This document shows, piece after piece, positions 1-8,728 of a stretch of 64,000 nt of DNA. A model generated the notes under the pieces. It ran no database searches and was not told where the DNA came from. It saw only the letters and a program-made list of their open reading frames with translations. The stretch comes from Rikenellaceae bacterium. Its GTDB lineage: Bacteria > Bacteroidota > Bacteroidia > Bacteroidales > Rikenellaceae. The position numbers and the translations under genes are program-made. The stretch lies in NCBI GenBank assembly GCA_045613745.1, contig JAZLBP010000010.1, forward strand, positions 87,136 to 151,135. The letters are read 5' to 3'. Position 1 is the stretch's first letter, and the number at the start of each line of letters is the position of its first letter.

Positions 1-1
1 G

Positions 2-157
2 GAGCGCATCATTGAGACTGCGGTTAACTATGCCGTTCAGTTCGATATGCTCGTTCCTCCCTACGAAAAGGTGAAACGTGTGAACGTCGAGCCCTTCAAC
101 ACCAAGGACGAGACCCCCAAAATCCCCACCGGCAAACGCATTAACCACGAGTTTTAG
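2..157 (+). CDS. C-terminal fragment of an unidentified protein (gene starts upstream of the window)
   Basis: Open frame from the window edge to TAG at 155-157 (...GKRINHEF*), ending 3 nt before rnhA. No family recognised from 51 aa. Confidence 0.4.
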   Translation, partial: ERIIETAVNYAVQFDMLVPPYEKVKRVNVEPFNTKDETPKIPTGKRINHEF

Positions 158-160
158 ACT

Positions 161-616
161 ATGCCCGCTCCCATCACAATCTACACCGACGGCTCATCGA
201 GGGGTAACCCCGGACCGGGTGGCTATGGTGTTGTGTTGATTTGTCCGCCATACCGCAAGGAGCTCAGCGCGGGCTATCGTCGCACAACCAACAACCGTAT
301 GGAGCTGCTGGGTGTGATTGTAGGCTTGGAGGCGTTGAAGTTCGAAGGTTCGGACGTAACCATTTACAGCGACTCGAAATATGTGGTCGATGCTGTGAGT
401 AAGGGTTGGGTCTATGGCTGGGAGCGCAAAGGCTTTGCCGGCAAGAAGAATCCCGACTTGTGGGCTCGTTTCCTACGCGTGTTCCGCCGACACAAGGTAC
501 GTTTCGTGTGGATTAAGGGTCACGCCGACAATGTCGAGAATGAGCGTTGCGACCGCCTTGCAGTTGCCGCCGCCGAGGGTGGGAATCTGCTTGAAGACTT
601 CGGCTACGAGGAATAA
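161..616 (+). CDS. rnhA: Ribonuclease HI
   Basis: 151 aa. IYTDGSSRGNPGPGGYG..., TNNRMEL, YSDSKYV and KGHADNVENERCD are typical RNase H type 1 motifs. Confidence 0.92.
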   Translation: MPAPITIYTDGSSRGNPGPGGYGVVLICPPYRKELSAGYRRTTNNRMELLGVIVGLEALKFEGSDVTIYSDSKYVVDAVSKGWVYGWERKGFAGKKNPDLWARFLRVFRRHKVRFVWIKGHADNVENERCDRLAVAAAEGGNLLEDFGYEE

Positions 617-736
617 TGTGCCTAATAAGGTGATTTCTGCGTTAAGCTCGTTCTTCAAATCCTCACATACGCCCAAGTATGGTGCGGTTTGTCGAACATC
701 GCAAGCCTTGAAATCCCTCTTATTATACACATTATT
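612..736 (+). repeat. Structured ~120-nt 3'-UTR repeat, copy A (after rnhA)
   Basis: Conserved core shared with 11125-11248, 19197-19320 and 43031-43147 (reverse-complemented there). Outer arms AATAATGTG/CACATTATT pair perfectly and include the rnhA stop codon (614-616). The strand given is that of the upstream gene. Confidence 0.8.
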
Positions 737-751
737 AAATAACAGCTAAAC

Positions 752-788
752 AAAAGGACTATCCACACAAGGACAGTCCTTTTATTTT
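752..788 (+). terminator. Intrinsic terminator after rnhA and repeat A
   Basis: AAGGACTATCC-loop-GGACAGTCCTT hairpin followed by a T-run. Confidence 0.6.
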
Positions 789-857
789 AATGTATATAAT
801 AAGAAGAGCGCTAGTTGCGATGCAACTAGCGCTCTCTTATTTTAGCCGTGGGCTAAA

Positions 858-2099
858 TTATTTTGTGCGGATCTTGTGACCAGCTACTGCGAAGTAGAGG
901 ATGAACAAGAAGCAAGGCAAGCACAGCCAGTAACCTACTTGTGCGCTGAAAGCCGATGCCAACAGACCGAACAGGGGAGGGAATACTGCACCACCTGCGA
1001 TACCCATAGTCAGCAGAGCCGAACCGTTTTTGGTAAATTTACCGAGGTCTTTGAGCGACAAGGGCCAGATAGCGGGAGCACCCATCGAGCAACCGAATGC
1101 TACAACCAGCAGCAACCAGGGAGCCATCTCGGGGAACAGGATAATACCCAGCGAACCCAGAGCACCAATCGACGAGCAGAGTTTCAGAGCTGTCTCTTGG
1201 CTCATAACTTTGGGGATGCAGATTACACCCAGGATGTAACCGAGCATCATACCGAAGCTGGGGAACCAGATAAGCAGCGAGTTGCCCAGAATCTTGATGT
1301 TATCCAAAGTCTCGTTCATACCTACGAACTCCGAAGCGGTGTTCAGCGACATAGTCTCAACGCCGGTGTAGATAAACAGAGCCAAAGCACCCATAATAGC
1401 GTGGGGGAATTGAGTAATCTTGGTTTTGCCAGCAGCGTAGCCACTCTCAGCAACCGACGACTCCTCGCCCTCACCCTCAGCTTTAACCTCGGGAAGGGGT
1501 GCAATCAGAGTCAGAACACCCAGCAGGATGAAGATACCCATAATAATAAAGAAGGGGGTAACCATTTGCGAGGGAGCGGTGATTTTCTCGCCAATGCCCA
1601 GAACTTGCATCAGGAACGAGAAGAATACGATTGCTACGGGGTAAGCCAGCTTGTTGCAGATACCCATAACGCAGATACGTTTTGCAGCAGTGTCGATGGG
1701 GCCGATAACCGAGATGTAGGGGTTAGCGGTTGCGTTCAGGAACGCGTTACCGATACCACCAACAAATGCCGACACATAGAACAGAATCAGACCCGATTGA
1801 CCGAGTTTAGCAGCCCAAGCGTACAGAGCGAACGATACGGCAAAGAAAACAAACGACAGAGCCATTGTTTTTTGGTAGCCGATTTTTTTGATGGTTGCAG
1901 TCGCAGGCATAGCGAACAGCAAGAACGGCAGGAACGACAGACCCAGTACCAGGTAACCGAGCGATTTGTTGATACCGTAGAGTGCATTCAGAGGACCAGC
2001 CAAGAAGCCGTTGATACCGAACGCGAAGCCAATAGCAAAGAACATCAGACCGATGAACGCAATAGCCAGGCCAAAGCTTTTTTGTTTAGCTTGTGTCAT
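858..2099 (-). CDS. MFS sugar transporter (FucP / glucose-galactose permease family)
   Basis: 413 aa, about 12 TM segments. The N-terminus SFGLAIAFIGLMFFAIGFAFGINGFLAGPL is typical of FucP/GluP-type MFS permeases. Confidence 0.8.
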   Translation of the reverse strand: MTQAKQKSFGLAIAFIGLMFFAIGFAFGINGFLAGPLNALYGINKSLGYLVLGLSFLPFLLFAMPATATIKKIGYQKTMALSFVFFAVSFALYAWAAKLGQSGLILFYVSAFVGGIGNAFLNATANPYISVIGPIDTAAKRICVMGICNKLAYPVAIVFFSFLMQVLGIGEKITAPSQMVTPFFIIMGIFILLGVLTLIAPLPEVKAEGEGEESSVAESGYAAGKTKITQFPHAIMGALALFIYTGVETMSLNTASEFVGMNETLDNIKILGNSLLIWFPSFGMMLGYILGVICIPKVMSQETALKLCSSIGALGSLGIILFPEMAPWLLLVVAFGCSMGAPAIWPLSLKDLGKFTKNGSALLTMGIAGGAVFPPLFGLLASAFSAQVGYWLCLPCFLFILYFAVAGHKIRTK

Positions 2100-2140
2100 A
2101 ATCTTTTGATAATAGGTTTATGAATTAGTTGAATTGTTTC

Positions 2141-3325
2141 TTACTTGATGCCAAGTTTCTTTTTGATATCTTTGGGCAGTGCGTTTTTGTTAACTACGTA
2201 GTTCAGAGTACGCAGAGCCACATAGGGTTTCGAAGCGTAGAAGTAACCGCCATAGATGTGGCCGTCGGTACCCCACGAGTTTTTAACCTTGTAGTACTCG
2301 GTGCCGTTTTGGTCGGTAGCCAGACCTACGATGTGCATACCGTGGTCATCGGTAGTGTCGTAGTTGTCGAAGCTCTCTTGACGCATCTCTTGGGTAATGG
2401 TTTTCTCTTTGCCGGGTTTGTCGAGTTTGTAGAGCTCGCGTTGTTTCTCGGCAGCGGTCAGAGCTACCCAACGGCTCAACTCGGTACCCTCCATGCTCTC
2501 GGTGTCTGCATCGGGCACAACGGCAAAGCCTTTACGCCAAGCGAAACCGGGGTCGCTAACGTCTGCACCCCAAGCGATGGTGTAGCCATTGTTCAGAGCG
2601 TGGTCCATAACTGCCATAAACTCGTCGATGGGCAGGTTGTACGACAGACCCCATTGGGTGTTGTCGGGAACCTCAATAGCAAAAGCTGTGTAGAAGGGGT
2701 GGTGAGTGTACGAAGTAATCGAGATGAAATCGTCGAAGTTAACACCCAGGCTCTCGGCAAAAGCTGCGGGAGTGTACTCCTTGCCCTCGTAGGTGAAGGT
2801 CTCGGGGCTCTCGCCAAGGTAAGCATCGAAGATACCAGCCAGACCTTGTTTCCAAACGGGAGTCAGGGTCTTCATAGGAGCTTTAACAATTACACCAACG
2901 TAAGCTTTAACCAGCGCGTCGAGCTCAGCGTGTTTGTGCAGGTCGGTGCCGTAGTTCAGACCTTTGTAAGCCTCCTCGGTAACGATACCTTTCTCTTTGA
3001 TGGTGTTGAAAACGTCGCAGAATGCGCCACCTGCCGAGCAGTTGGCATTGCCGTGCATACGAACATAGCGCTCGGCACGTTTCTCATAAGCGTGGCGAAC
3101 CACATACATATCGGCCAAGTCGAGCTCGGGGCCGCCGGCACGCATAATTTCCGACTCAACGAACGAGATACCGGAGAACGACCAGCAGGTACCGCTGCTT
3201 GCTTGGTTTTTAACCGAAGTAGCCTTCATCACTTTGGTGTCGGTGAATTTGTAGCCTTCGTTGTCTTGTGCCGAGAGCGAGAACACGCCCAATGCACATA
3301 CGACTGCGATTAGAAGTTTTTTCAT
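2141..3325 (-). CDS. C1-family cysteine peptidase (aminopeptidase C / bleomycin hydrolase-like), secreted
   Basis: QASSGTCWSFSG active-site Cys motif. Start moved to the internal ATG (3325), which gives the signal peptide MKKLLIAVVCALGVFSLSAQ. Confidence 0.85.
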   Translation of the reverse strand: MKKLLIAVVCALGVFSLSAQDNEGYKFTDTKVMKATSVKNQASSGTCWSFSGISFVESEIMRAGGPELDLADMYVVRHAYEKRAERYVRMHGNANCSAGGAFCDVFNTIKEKGIVTEEAYKGLNYGTDLHKHAELDALVKAYVGVIVKAPMKTLTPVWKQGLAGIFDAYLGESPETFTYEGKEYTPAAFAESLGVNFDDFISITSYTHHPFYTAFAIEVPDNTQWGLSYNLPIDEFMAVMDHALNNGYTIAWGADVSDPGFAWRKGFAVVPDADTESMEGTELSRWVALTAAEKQRELYKLDKPGKEKTITQEMRQESFDNYDTTDDHGMHIVGLATDQNGTEYYKVKNSWGTDGHIYGGYFYASKPYVALRTLNYVVNKNALPKDIKKKLGIK

Positions 3326-3499
3326 AGTTATTATTTTTCGTTTATTGGTTTCAATATTGCCACAAAGATAGCATTTTTTTTGATTATAATATAAAAAAGG
3401 TAACAAAACTCCCAAATACCCCAAACATTTCAGTAGCATAGTTTATCTTCTAACTTTCTGTATTATTGAGATTTCAAACATCAAAAACAAAAACAGATT

Positions 3500-4525
3500 C
3501 TAAATATCAATTGGCACGGGATCGTCGTAGAGATGTTGGTCTGTATGAAGAATCTTCGCTCCACCGTATCGCTCCACCGCGTAGTAGAATTCATTATAGT
3601 GGTTTGACTCCACACCGTGACAGAGTTCGTGCACGATTACTGCGTCAACTTGCAGAGGTGTGCATTTCATCAGGTGCATCGAGAGGTCAATATGCTTGTC
3701 TTCGGGGTAAAAGCAACCAAGCGTTGAGGTGCCGCGCGAGATATGGCAATATGAGTAGCCAAGGCCGATGCGCTCCGAGATAGTTTTAAGTCGTTGGGGA
3801 AGATACTCCTCGGCGGCTAATTTCATTAGTTTTAGGCCATATCGGATAATCGCCTCGCGCGAAATGCGCTCCTCAAAACGAATCGTGCTCGGAGCAATAA
3901 TTGTGTAGCGCATACCCTCGCGTCGGTAACTAAACGTATTATCGCCTCCTCGCTCTAAACGGAGTTGAAAGAGAGGATAGTCACGGCTGAGTGTTTCGTC
4001 GAGTACCTCAGGCAGATGGCTTTGACACTCTGCGCGTTTCTGCTCACGCACTTGTAAATCATTCCACAGCCACGCAACAGCCATATCATAGGGTCGCTCT
4101 TTGTCGATGGTCACCTCGGCATAATCCTCTTGGATGCGGCAACTATACACTCCACCCCTCTTGATTTTCACACGCCCTATGCCCCACACACGCATCTCGT
4201 CGGGCGTGGGTTGCGGTTGCGGTTTTTCGGCCTCCAAGTTGTCAGCGAGTGTCTTAATCCATTCGCCGTTTGGGTCTTTATAGCGCAACCCAAGCACCGC
4301 TAAACGATACCACTTCAGGGCAGTATAGGAGTCTTGAACGACCCCACGTCCGTTATTGTGCGCCCAACCCAACCAAGCAGCCACAACAGGTCGCATCTGA
4401 AATCTGTAAATTGATTCATATAGTGACCGATACAGCAAGGCAACAGCCTCACTATCGTGCATCTTGTCGGCCCGAAAGAGGTCAACGGCCCGCTGGAAAT
4501 ATGATTTCGGGTTGTTCATCTTCAA
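3500..4525 (-). CDS. YgjP/DUF45-type (M48-like) zinc metallopeptidase with an N-terminal Sel1-like repeat region
   Basis: C-terminal VHELCHGVESNHYNEFYY (HExxH...H) in a DUF45-like context. The N-terminal AAWLGWAHNNGRGVVQDSYTALKWYRLA resembles a Sel1 repeat. Confidence 0.7.
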   Translation of the reverse strand: MKMNNPKSYFQRAVDLFRADKMHDSEAVALLYRSLYESIYRFQMRPVVAAWLGWAHNNGRGVVQDSYTALKWYRLAVLGLRYKDPNGEWIKTLADNLEAEKPQPQPTPDEMRVWGIGRVKIKRGGVYSCRIQEDYAEVTIDKERPYDMAVAWLWNDLQVREQKRAECQSHLPEVLDETLSRDYPLFQLRLERGGDNTFSYRREGMRYTIIAPSTIRFEERISREAIIRYGLKLMKLAAEEYLPQRLKTISERIGLGYSYCHISRGTSTLGCFYPEDKHIDLSMHLMKCTPLQVDAVIVHELCHGVESNHYNEFYYAVERYGGAKILHTDQHLYDDPVPIDI

Positions 4526-4780
4526 TCAAACAAAAACATAGTCTTACAAAGATACGAAAAACTTACCAACGCCCACTCTCACAATTGCATTTAAACAAAA
4601 AAAAGACGACCATTCCATCACGGATAAGTCGTCCTTCGAAAGAAATTCAAAAGATTAATATGGCGGAAAGAAAAGTCAGAAGACTCCCCTACTCCATTCA
4701 CAAAATATGCCACACAGCCCCGCAGAGCCCCGAAACTCAAAATTATATGGGCAAAAGCGGACAATCCCCGCCTTTTTTAC

Positions 4781-4788
4781 TATATTTG
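4781..4788 (+). promoter_or_regulatory. Bacteroidetes-type -7 box (TATATTTG) upstream of the 5AR operon
   Basis: Matches the TAnnTTTG consensus, about 50 nt upstream of the ATG at 4838. Confidence 0.45.
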
Positions 4789-4837
4789 CAGGTTGATTTG
4801 CAACTTTTCAGAAACCGAAACATCCACGTAGTGGATA

Positions 4838-5638
4838 ATGCAAACATTTTATCAAACTATGATGACACTTGACGGATTTTATACTTTCCTGACGGTAATG
4901 GCAGCCATTGCCGCAGTTGTTTTCGTGGTACTCTTCTTTGTGGATGCAGGCTACGGAAAATTCCTCAACCCCAAATTCGGCCCCACCATTCCTAACCGCA
5001 TCGGATGGGTACTGATGGAGTGCCCCGTATTCATTGCAATGACCATCGTATGGTTGCTCTCGGAGCGCACCTGGGAGGTTATGCCGCTGGTATTCTTTGC
5101 GATTTTCCAAACACACTACTTCCAACGCTCGTTTATCTTCCCGATGCTGATTCGCGGCAACGGTCGTATTCCTATCAGTATCATGTTGATGGGCGCAACT
5201 TTCAACACCCTCAACGCGCTGATGCAGGGTGGTTGGATCTTCCACTTCGGAGCGATGGTAAACCCCGCGATGTATGAGATTAGCTGGTTGTGGTCGTGGC
5301 AGTTTATCGTAGGTACTTTGATGTGGGCTGCGGGCTTCTTTGTGAACCTGCAAAGCGACTACATCATCCGCCACCTACGCAAACCCGGCGACACCCGTCA
5401 CTACATCCCCCGCGGAGGTATGTTCCGCTATGTGTCGAGCGCCAACTATTTTGGCGAGTTTATGGAGTGGTGCGGATTTGCCCTTCTGACTTGGAGCCCC
5501 GCGGGTGCAGTGTTCGCAATTTGGACATTTGCAAACCTCGGTCCTCGTGCCAACTCCATCTATCATAAATACGAAAAAGAGTTCGGCGAGGAGTTTTCCA
5601 AACTCAAACTGAAAAGAATGATTCCTTTCATTTACTAA
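4838..5638 (+). CDS. 3-oxo-5-alpha-steroid 4-dehydrogenase (steroid 5-alpha-reductase, SRD5A) family membrane protein
   Basis: 266 aa and polytopic. The C-terminal GGMFRYVSSANYFGEFMEWCGFALLTWS matches the SRD5A-family signature. Confidence 0.8.
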   Translation: MQTFYQTMMTLDGFYTFLTVMAAIAAVVFVVLFFVDAGYGKFLNPKFGPTIPNRIGWVLMECPVFIAMTIVWLLSERTWEVMPLVFFAIFQTHYFQRSFIFPMLIRGNGRIPISIMLMGATFNTLNALMQGGWIFHFGAMVNPAMYEISWLWSWQFIVGTLMWAAGFFVNLQSDYIIRHLRKPGDTRHYIPRGGMFRYVSSANYFGEFMEWCGFALLTWSPAGAVFAIWTFANLGPRANSIYHKYEKEFGEEFSKLKLKRMIPFIY

Positions 5639-5662
5639 GCAAAAACAAAATCACACAATAAA

Positions 5663-6898
5663 ATGAGTAACACCAAAGATTCTCTGCTGTTTACCCCCTA
5701 TCAACTGGGTAACACTACCCTGCGCAACCGCACCATCCGTTCGGCTGCGTTCGAAGGAATGGGCAAAGATTTCAATCCCACTCAAAAACTCAAAGACTAT
5801 CACGTCAGCGTTGCACGCGGCGGTGTAGGTATGACCACTCTGGCCTATGCCTCGATTAACCGTAGCGGTATTTCGTTCAACTCGCAACTCTGGCTGCGCG
5901 ACGAAGTTGTTCCCGCGCTCCGCGATATTACCGACGCAATCCACGCCGAGGGTGCTGCTACAAGCATCCAAATCGGCCACTGCGGAAATATGACCCACTG
6001 GTCAACCGCAGGCAGCTTCCCCGTGTCGGCATCCAATGGTTTCAACCTCTACTCGCCCACCTTCCACCGCCGTATGTCGTACGACGAGATTCGTCAGACT
6101 GCCAAGGACTTCGGCACCGCAGTGCACACCGCCCACGAGGCAGGTTTCGACTGTGTGGAGGTACACGCAGGTCACGGCTACCTGATTTCGCAATTCCTGT
6201 CGCCGTGGACCAACCGCCGTCGTGACGAGTTCGGTGGCTCGCTCGAAAACCGCATGCGTTTTATGAAGATGTGCCTTACCGAGGTTATGGAGGCTGCTGC
6301 CAAAGAGGGAATGTCGGTGCTGGTGAAACACAATATGGAGGATGGCTTCCGTGGCGGTATCCAAATCCCCGAGAGCATCGAAATCGCCAAGGAGATTGAG
6401 AAATTCGGTGTAAACGGCATCGTACTGTCGAGCGGCTTTGTAAGCCGTGCGCCTATGGCCGTTATGCGCGGACGTATCCCGACCAAGACTATGAGCTACT
6501 TTATGGGTTGGAACGAGTGGCTGCAAAAGATTGTGGTTGACCTGTTCGGCCAATGGCTCATCAAACAATACGACTTCGAGGAGTGTTTCTTCTTGGAGAA
6601 CGCCAAGAAGTTCCGCGCCGCGCTCAAAGGCCCGCTGGTGTATGTGGGTGGTATCGTGAGCCGCGAGGGTATCGAGAAGGTACTCGACAGTGGTTTCGAG
6701 ATGGTACAAATTGCGCGCGCGCTCATCAACGACCCCAACTTTGTGAACAACCTCAAAGCGGGCGATATGTCAACCCGTTCGCGTTGCGACCACAAAGACT
6801 TCTGCATTGCGCGTATGTACTCCAAAGATATGATGTGCTGCCACAACTGCACCGAGGAGCTGCCCAAGCGCGTACGCAAAGAGATTGGACTGTTGTAG
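5663..6898 (+). CDS. NADH:flavin oxidoreductase, Old Yellow Enzyme / 2,4-dienoyl-CoA reductase-like TIM barrel with a Cys-rich tail
   Basis: HAGHGYLISQFLSPWTNRRRDEFGGSLENRMRF OYE motif. The C-terminal CDHKDFC...CCHNC cluster is present, but there is no FAD/NAD(P) C-terminal domain. Confidence 0.85.
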   Translation: MSNTKDSLLFTPYQLGNTTLRNRTIRSAAFEGMGKDFNPTQKLKDYHVSVARGGVGMTTLAYASINRSGISFNSQLWLRDEVVPALRDITDAIHAEGAATSIQIGHCGNMTHWSTAGSFPVSASNGFNLYSPTFHRRMSYDEIRQTAKDFGTAVHTAHEAGFDCVEVHAGHGYLISQFLSPWTNRRRDEFGGSLENRMRFMKMCLTEVMEAAAKEGMSVLVKHNMEDGFRGGIQIPESIEIAKEIEKFGVNGIVLSSGFVSRAPMAVMRGRIPTKTMSYFMGWNEWLQKIVVDLFGQWLIKQYDFEECFFLENAKKFRAALKGPLVYVGGIVSREGIEKVLDSGFEMVQIARALINDPNFVNNLKAGDMSTRSRCDHKDFCIARMYSKDMMCCHNCTEELPKRVRKEIGLL

Positions 6899-6901
6899 GC
6901 T

Positions 6902-7729
6902 ATGCTGGGACGTATCGAAAAGGGAAGCCGCACGGCACTCGTAACGGGTGGCGGTAGCGGTATCGGCAAGCAGCTGGCGCGTCAGTTGGCACGCCGTGGC
7001 TTCAACCTTCTGTTGGTGAGCCGCAATAGCGAGCGCCTGCAAGCCGCTGCCGACGAAATCAAAGCGGAATTTGGTGTCGAGACCGCAACTTACAGCCTCG
7101 ACTTGGCTGTACAGGACTCGGCCTACCGACTCTACGACTACTGCAAGGAACAGGGCCTCACCATCGACCTGCTGATAAACGACGCGGGTATGTTCATCTA
7201 CAACGACGTGCTCAAATGCGACACCAAGCGCATTGAGGACATTCTGAACCTGCACGTTGTGACCCTCACGCTGATGTGCCGTCTGTTTGGCAAGGATATG
7301 GCAGAGAGAGGTTGCGGATGGATTCTCAATCTGGCGTCATACTCCAAGTGGATGTGCTGGCCCGGTTTGAGCGTGTATAGCGCAAGCAAAAACTATGTAG
7401 AGAGCTTCTCGAAGGCGTTTGCTGCCGAGATGCGCGAGAGCGGTGTGAAGGTTATGGCTGTGTCGCCTGCGGGTGTTACAACCGACCTTTATGGCCTGCC
7501 CGAGAATCTGCAAAAGGTGGGTCTGTACTGCGGTGTACTGTGGACTCCGAGCCTGATTGCCAAGGTGACGCTCAACGCGCTCTTCTTTGGCCGTCGCAAG
7601 GGCCTTGTAATGGCAATCCGCAGCTATGTACCCGGCCTGCTGAATGTGGTGGTAATTCCGCTGCTGACGATTCTTCCCCGCAGCATTGTGTGGGTTATGC
7701 GTCAGTGCACCAAATCGTTACAAAGATAA
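6902..7729 (+). CDS. Short-chain dehydrogenase/reductase (SDR)
   Basis: TGGGSGIGKQLA (TGxxxGxG) and YSASKNYV (YxxxK). Starts 3 nt after the OYE stop codon. Confidence 0.88.
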   Translation: MLGRIEKGSRTALVTGGGSGIGKQLARQLARRGFNLLLVSRNSERLQAAADEIKAEFGVETATYSLDLAVQDSAYRLYDYCKEQGLTIDLLINDAGMFIYNDVLKCDTKRIEDILNLHVVTLTLMCRLFGKDMAERGCGWILNLASYSKWMCWPGLSVYSASKNYVESFSKAFAAEMRESGVKVMAVSPAGVTTDLYGLPENLQKVGLYCGVLWTPSLIAKVTLNALFFGRRKGLVMAIRSYVPGLLNVVVIPLLTILPRSIVWVMRQCTKSLQR

Positions 7730-7738
7730 ATCGGATAT

Positions 7739-8368
7739 ATGGCAAAAGTTAAGAACCTGCTGTTCGACCTCGGCGGAGTGCTGGTCGATTTGTGGTTGGA
7801 GAAGTGCTTGAAGGCATTTCACGACCTCGGCTTCGAGGGTATTGACAACGAGCTGCTCAACCCCTACCACACCGACGGAATGTTTGGCAACAGCGAGCTG
7901 GGTCTGGTGTCGGAGGATGAACTGCGCAACTATGTGCGCGAGCAGGCGGGAAACCCGAGTATCACCGACAAGCAAATTGACGACGCCTACTATGAGTTCA
8001 TCGGCGAGATTCCCGAGTACAAGCTCCAAATGCTGGCCGAGCTCAAAAAACACTATAATATCTATATGCTGAGCAACACCAGCTCGTTTGTATATCCCCG
8101 CATCGCGCGCCAGGAGTTTACCAAACTGGGCGCAACGGTGGAGGATTACTTCGACGGCATCTACTTGTCGTATGAGTTGCATTTGGCCAAGCCCGACCCC
8201 AAGGTGTTTGAGCACATTTTGGAGGACGCAGGCATCCGCGCCGAGGAGACTCTGTTCTTCGATGATAGTCAGGTAAACCTTGACGCAGCAGCAGAGCTCG
8301 GCTTCCAAACCTATCTGGTTGATGTGCAAGAGGATTTCCGCCACGTATTTGAGGAGTTGGAAAAATAG
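7739..8368 (+). CDS. HAD-superfamily hydrolase (subfamily IA-like)
   Basis: LLFDLGGVLVDL motif I and FFDDSQVNLDAA motif IV. Starts 9 nt after the SDR. Confidence 0.8.
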   Translation: MAKVKNLLFDLGGVLVDLWLEKCLKAFHDLGFEGIDNELLNPYHTDGMFGNSELGLVSEDELRNYVREQAGNPSITDKQIDDAYYEFIGEIPEYKLQMLAELKKHYNIYMLSNTSSFVYPRIARQEFTKLGATVEDYFDGIYLSYELHLAKPDPKVFEHILEDAGIRAEETLFFDDSQVNLDAAAELGFQTYLVDVQEDFRHVFEELEK

Positions 8369-8379
8369 AGTTTGCAAAG

Positions 8380-8486
8380 TCCGAAAAAAGGATTAACTTT
8401 GCGGTCGCAAAATCGCCTCACAAGGGGCTGAAATTGCAAAAGTTGTATTATGAGGGCGAGCAAAATTCAAAAAGCACCTTGTAAGA
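8380..8486. repeat. Degenerate relative of the ~120-nt structured repeat (copy E)
   Basis: Same length and shared blocks with copy B (AAGGATT, TTGCG, TGAGGGCGAGCAAAA at the same offset, AAA..CACC), but the central hairpin and closing helix are not preserved. Confidence 0.3.
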
Positions 8487-8499
8487 CAGCTTTCAAGTT

Positions 8500-8574
8500 C
8501 GGGGTGTAGCGCAGCCCGGTTAGCGCACCTGCTTTGGGAGCAGGGGGTCCCGCGTTCGAATCGCGGTACCCCGA
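8500..8574 (+). tRNA. tRNA-Pro (anticodon TGG)
   Basis: CGGGGTG acceptor pairing with TACCCCG, anticodon loop CTTTGGGAG, T-loop GTTCGAATC. Followed by a terminator hairpin. Confidence 0.9.
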
Positions 8575-8728
8575 CACAAAAGAAAGGCCTATCCAAGTTT
8601 TGGGTAGGCTTTTTTAGTATGTTGATTTTCAGCCCAATAATAATAATACAAAAAGCCGCTGAAATATTTGGAATTACTACTCCTTATTACTATTTTGGGG
8701 GAAAATAATCAACCTAACACACTTTACT

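Noticed and set aside
414-749. ORFs reading through the structured repeat copies (414-749, 473-730, 42958-43143, 11157-12089 N-terminus, 19307-19531) that give similar peptides (SSHTPKYGAV...).
   Set aside because: The similarity is at nucleotide level. The frame is broken by indels and stops between copies (copy B hits a stop, copy A is frameshifted), so the conservation is not protein-coding.
8619-8708. A 29-codon ORF (MLIFSPIIIIQKAAEIFGITTPYYYFGGK) just upstream of the rSAM cassette, considered as a possible RiPP precursor.
   Set aside because: It has no Cys or recognisable leader/core features. It sits in the tRNA-Pro terminator and promoter region, and nothing supports translation. It is worth a glance only if homologous cassettes conserve it.
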